Part shown: in pieces, positions 62,301 through 64,000 of the stretch
Numbering within the stretch: position 1 is the stretch's first letter
Layout of the letters: each line of letters begins with the position of its first letter
NCBI GenBank assembly: GCA_039621445.1
Contig: CP154954.1
Coordinates: 22,022,954 to 22,086,953 of the forward strand
DNA: 64,000 nucleotides
Source of the DNA: Euglena gracilis
Lineage: Eukaryota
Direction: 5' to 3'
Notes under the pieces: generated by a model
Database searches by the model: none
Told to the model about the DNA's origin: nothing
The model's input: the letters and a program-made list of their open reading frames with translations, nothing else
Translations under genes and position numbers: made by a program

Positions 62301-64000
62301 ATCTTCCGATGCGCATGCCCTACAAGCATCCACGGATGCACATGATCATGAACATGCCTACAATCGCGATTACAATCGCCCGTTTATACCACAACTTAAG
62401 ATTCCCCCCCCTAAGGGTGAATCTTCGGATGATGAACCGGTTTTTACCACAAATACCGCGAATCATCCGGTTTACAACAAGAAATTCGCGAATCGGGACT
62501 GATTCGCGGTATGAGCCATACCCCTACCCCAGGTATTGGCCATGGATCGCGAATGCGAAACACGGAATTCACCGCGGTTCCCCGATTTGCGGGTGAACAA
62601 CGGGCTTCCTACCCCCCTGGTATGTTGCCACACCCCGAATCGCGGAATCGCGACCCTTTACAATCCGAATCGCGGTATCGCGAACCACAACCATACAATT
62701 CGCGGAATTGCGATGTACCAAATACCCATGGTACCTACGGTACCATGAGTATCATTATGGATGCGTATTCGCGCATGCCACAACAACAACCTTACCCCAA
62801 CAATTACGATGTAAATCGCGGTCTACAACGCGATTTAAAAGGTACAATCACAATTGCCAACAAGGTTAAGCCACAATGGGACGGAGATCCCACAACTTGG
62901 GAACAATTTTGGCGCGACTGGACATACTACTGGGACTTGAAGGGTTCAACCCCAGACGGGAACCCTGAGGTAATCAAGATAGAATTCATTGATTGCCTCC
63001 CCAACGAAGAAAACGATCGTGCCCGACAACTTGTGATCCGGAATCGGATTATTTTTGATGAACTGGTTGACCAATATGCGTCAACTTGTTCAAGCCTAAT
63101 TTCGCGAATTACGCTGGAGAAAAAATGGCGGCAATTCGCGCCCAGTGACCGAAAATGGAAGTCAATCGACCTTTGGTATTCCAAATGGTTGGGATTGGCT
63201 TCTGAGGTTGATGAACTGGGAGAGAACCAAATGAAAGAACAATTCGATGCGGTTCTCCTCCACTTCATTCCTACAATTATCAAAGACATTCACCGTGAGG
63301 AACTCGCGGACAACAAACTTACACTTGAACAACGATGGAACTATGTTTCCAAACAAATGAAACTCTCACAACTTTTGGGACAGATACAATCGGCTTACAC
63401 CCACCACCCTACCGCTAGTCTCCCTAGCGGTACGGTAAGTGCCCTACAAAAGACTTCTTCTCCAAAATCCCCACGGGGATACGGTAAACATACAAACTCC
63501 CCAAAGGGAGATACAAAAACGCGCTATCCGCGCTCATCTGACCAATCCTCTGACAAAACTTGCTTTTTGTGCAACAAATCGGGACATACGTCCCGTGATT
63601 GCCCCCACCCTGATACGCGAAAGCGGTATCAGAGTCTAAGGGGTTCACAAACCTCCCGGAGCTCGCGCTCCTCCGGATATTCGCACAAATCTGGACAATC
63701 ACAATCGTCGGGTTATCGACAAAGGTCTTGATCACCGTTCCGCGACCGCGGACGCGATCGCGCACCTCCTGGTCGATCACCCCGACCCCCTTACAAACGT
63801 GATACAAATCGCGACTCATCGCGATCACGTTCGCGAAGTGGATCATCTTCTTCGCGATCGTCATCCGGGAAACCGGATTACAACAAGAACCGTGGTCGAA
63901 CGGGATTCCGTTCACCAAGACCTCCAAGGGGTAAAAGCCCATCACAAAACCGACAACAGTCACAAAACCGACAACAGTGTTCCCTTTGTGGATCACATAA
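59380..64000 (+). pseudogene. gag: gag copy 6, disrupted, runs off the window
   Basis: Colinear with the other copies; several in-frame stops. Confidence 0.88.

Overview
This is eukaryotic nuclear DNA, most likely from a photosynthetic euglenid. The evidence is a nuclear psbM with a euglenid-type multipartite plastid-targeting leader, one GT-AG intron and a trans-splice-like acceptor. The window is dominated by one unusual Ty3/Gypsy LTR retrotransposon family. Bases 1-8640 are the 3' half of an apparently intact copy: integrase plus chromodomain, a ~1983-aa extra sense ORF, PPT and 3' LTR. Bases 16225-64000 are a head-to-tail array of six decayed copies, five cut at the same base in RT and the sixth running off the window. 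Each has an LTR, a tRNA-Met PBS, a long gag, a UAG plus hairpin (probable readthrough), a protease, a DIRS/Dam-like N6-adenine methyltransferase domain and RT. The array is inserted in the B-box of a tRNA-Val-derived sequence inside the LTR of a small non-coding LTR element (TRIM), and the two elements were co-amplified. The region 8.6-15.4 kb holds a DIRS-like RT fragment, two hAT-type MITEs with 8-bp TSDs, small repeats and psbM. All calls come from reading motifs by eye; no database searches were run.
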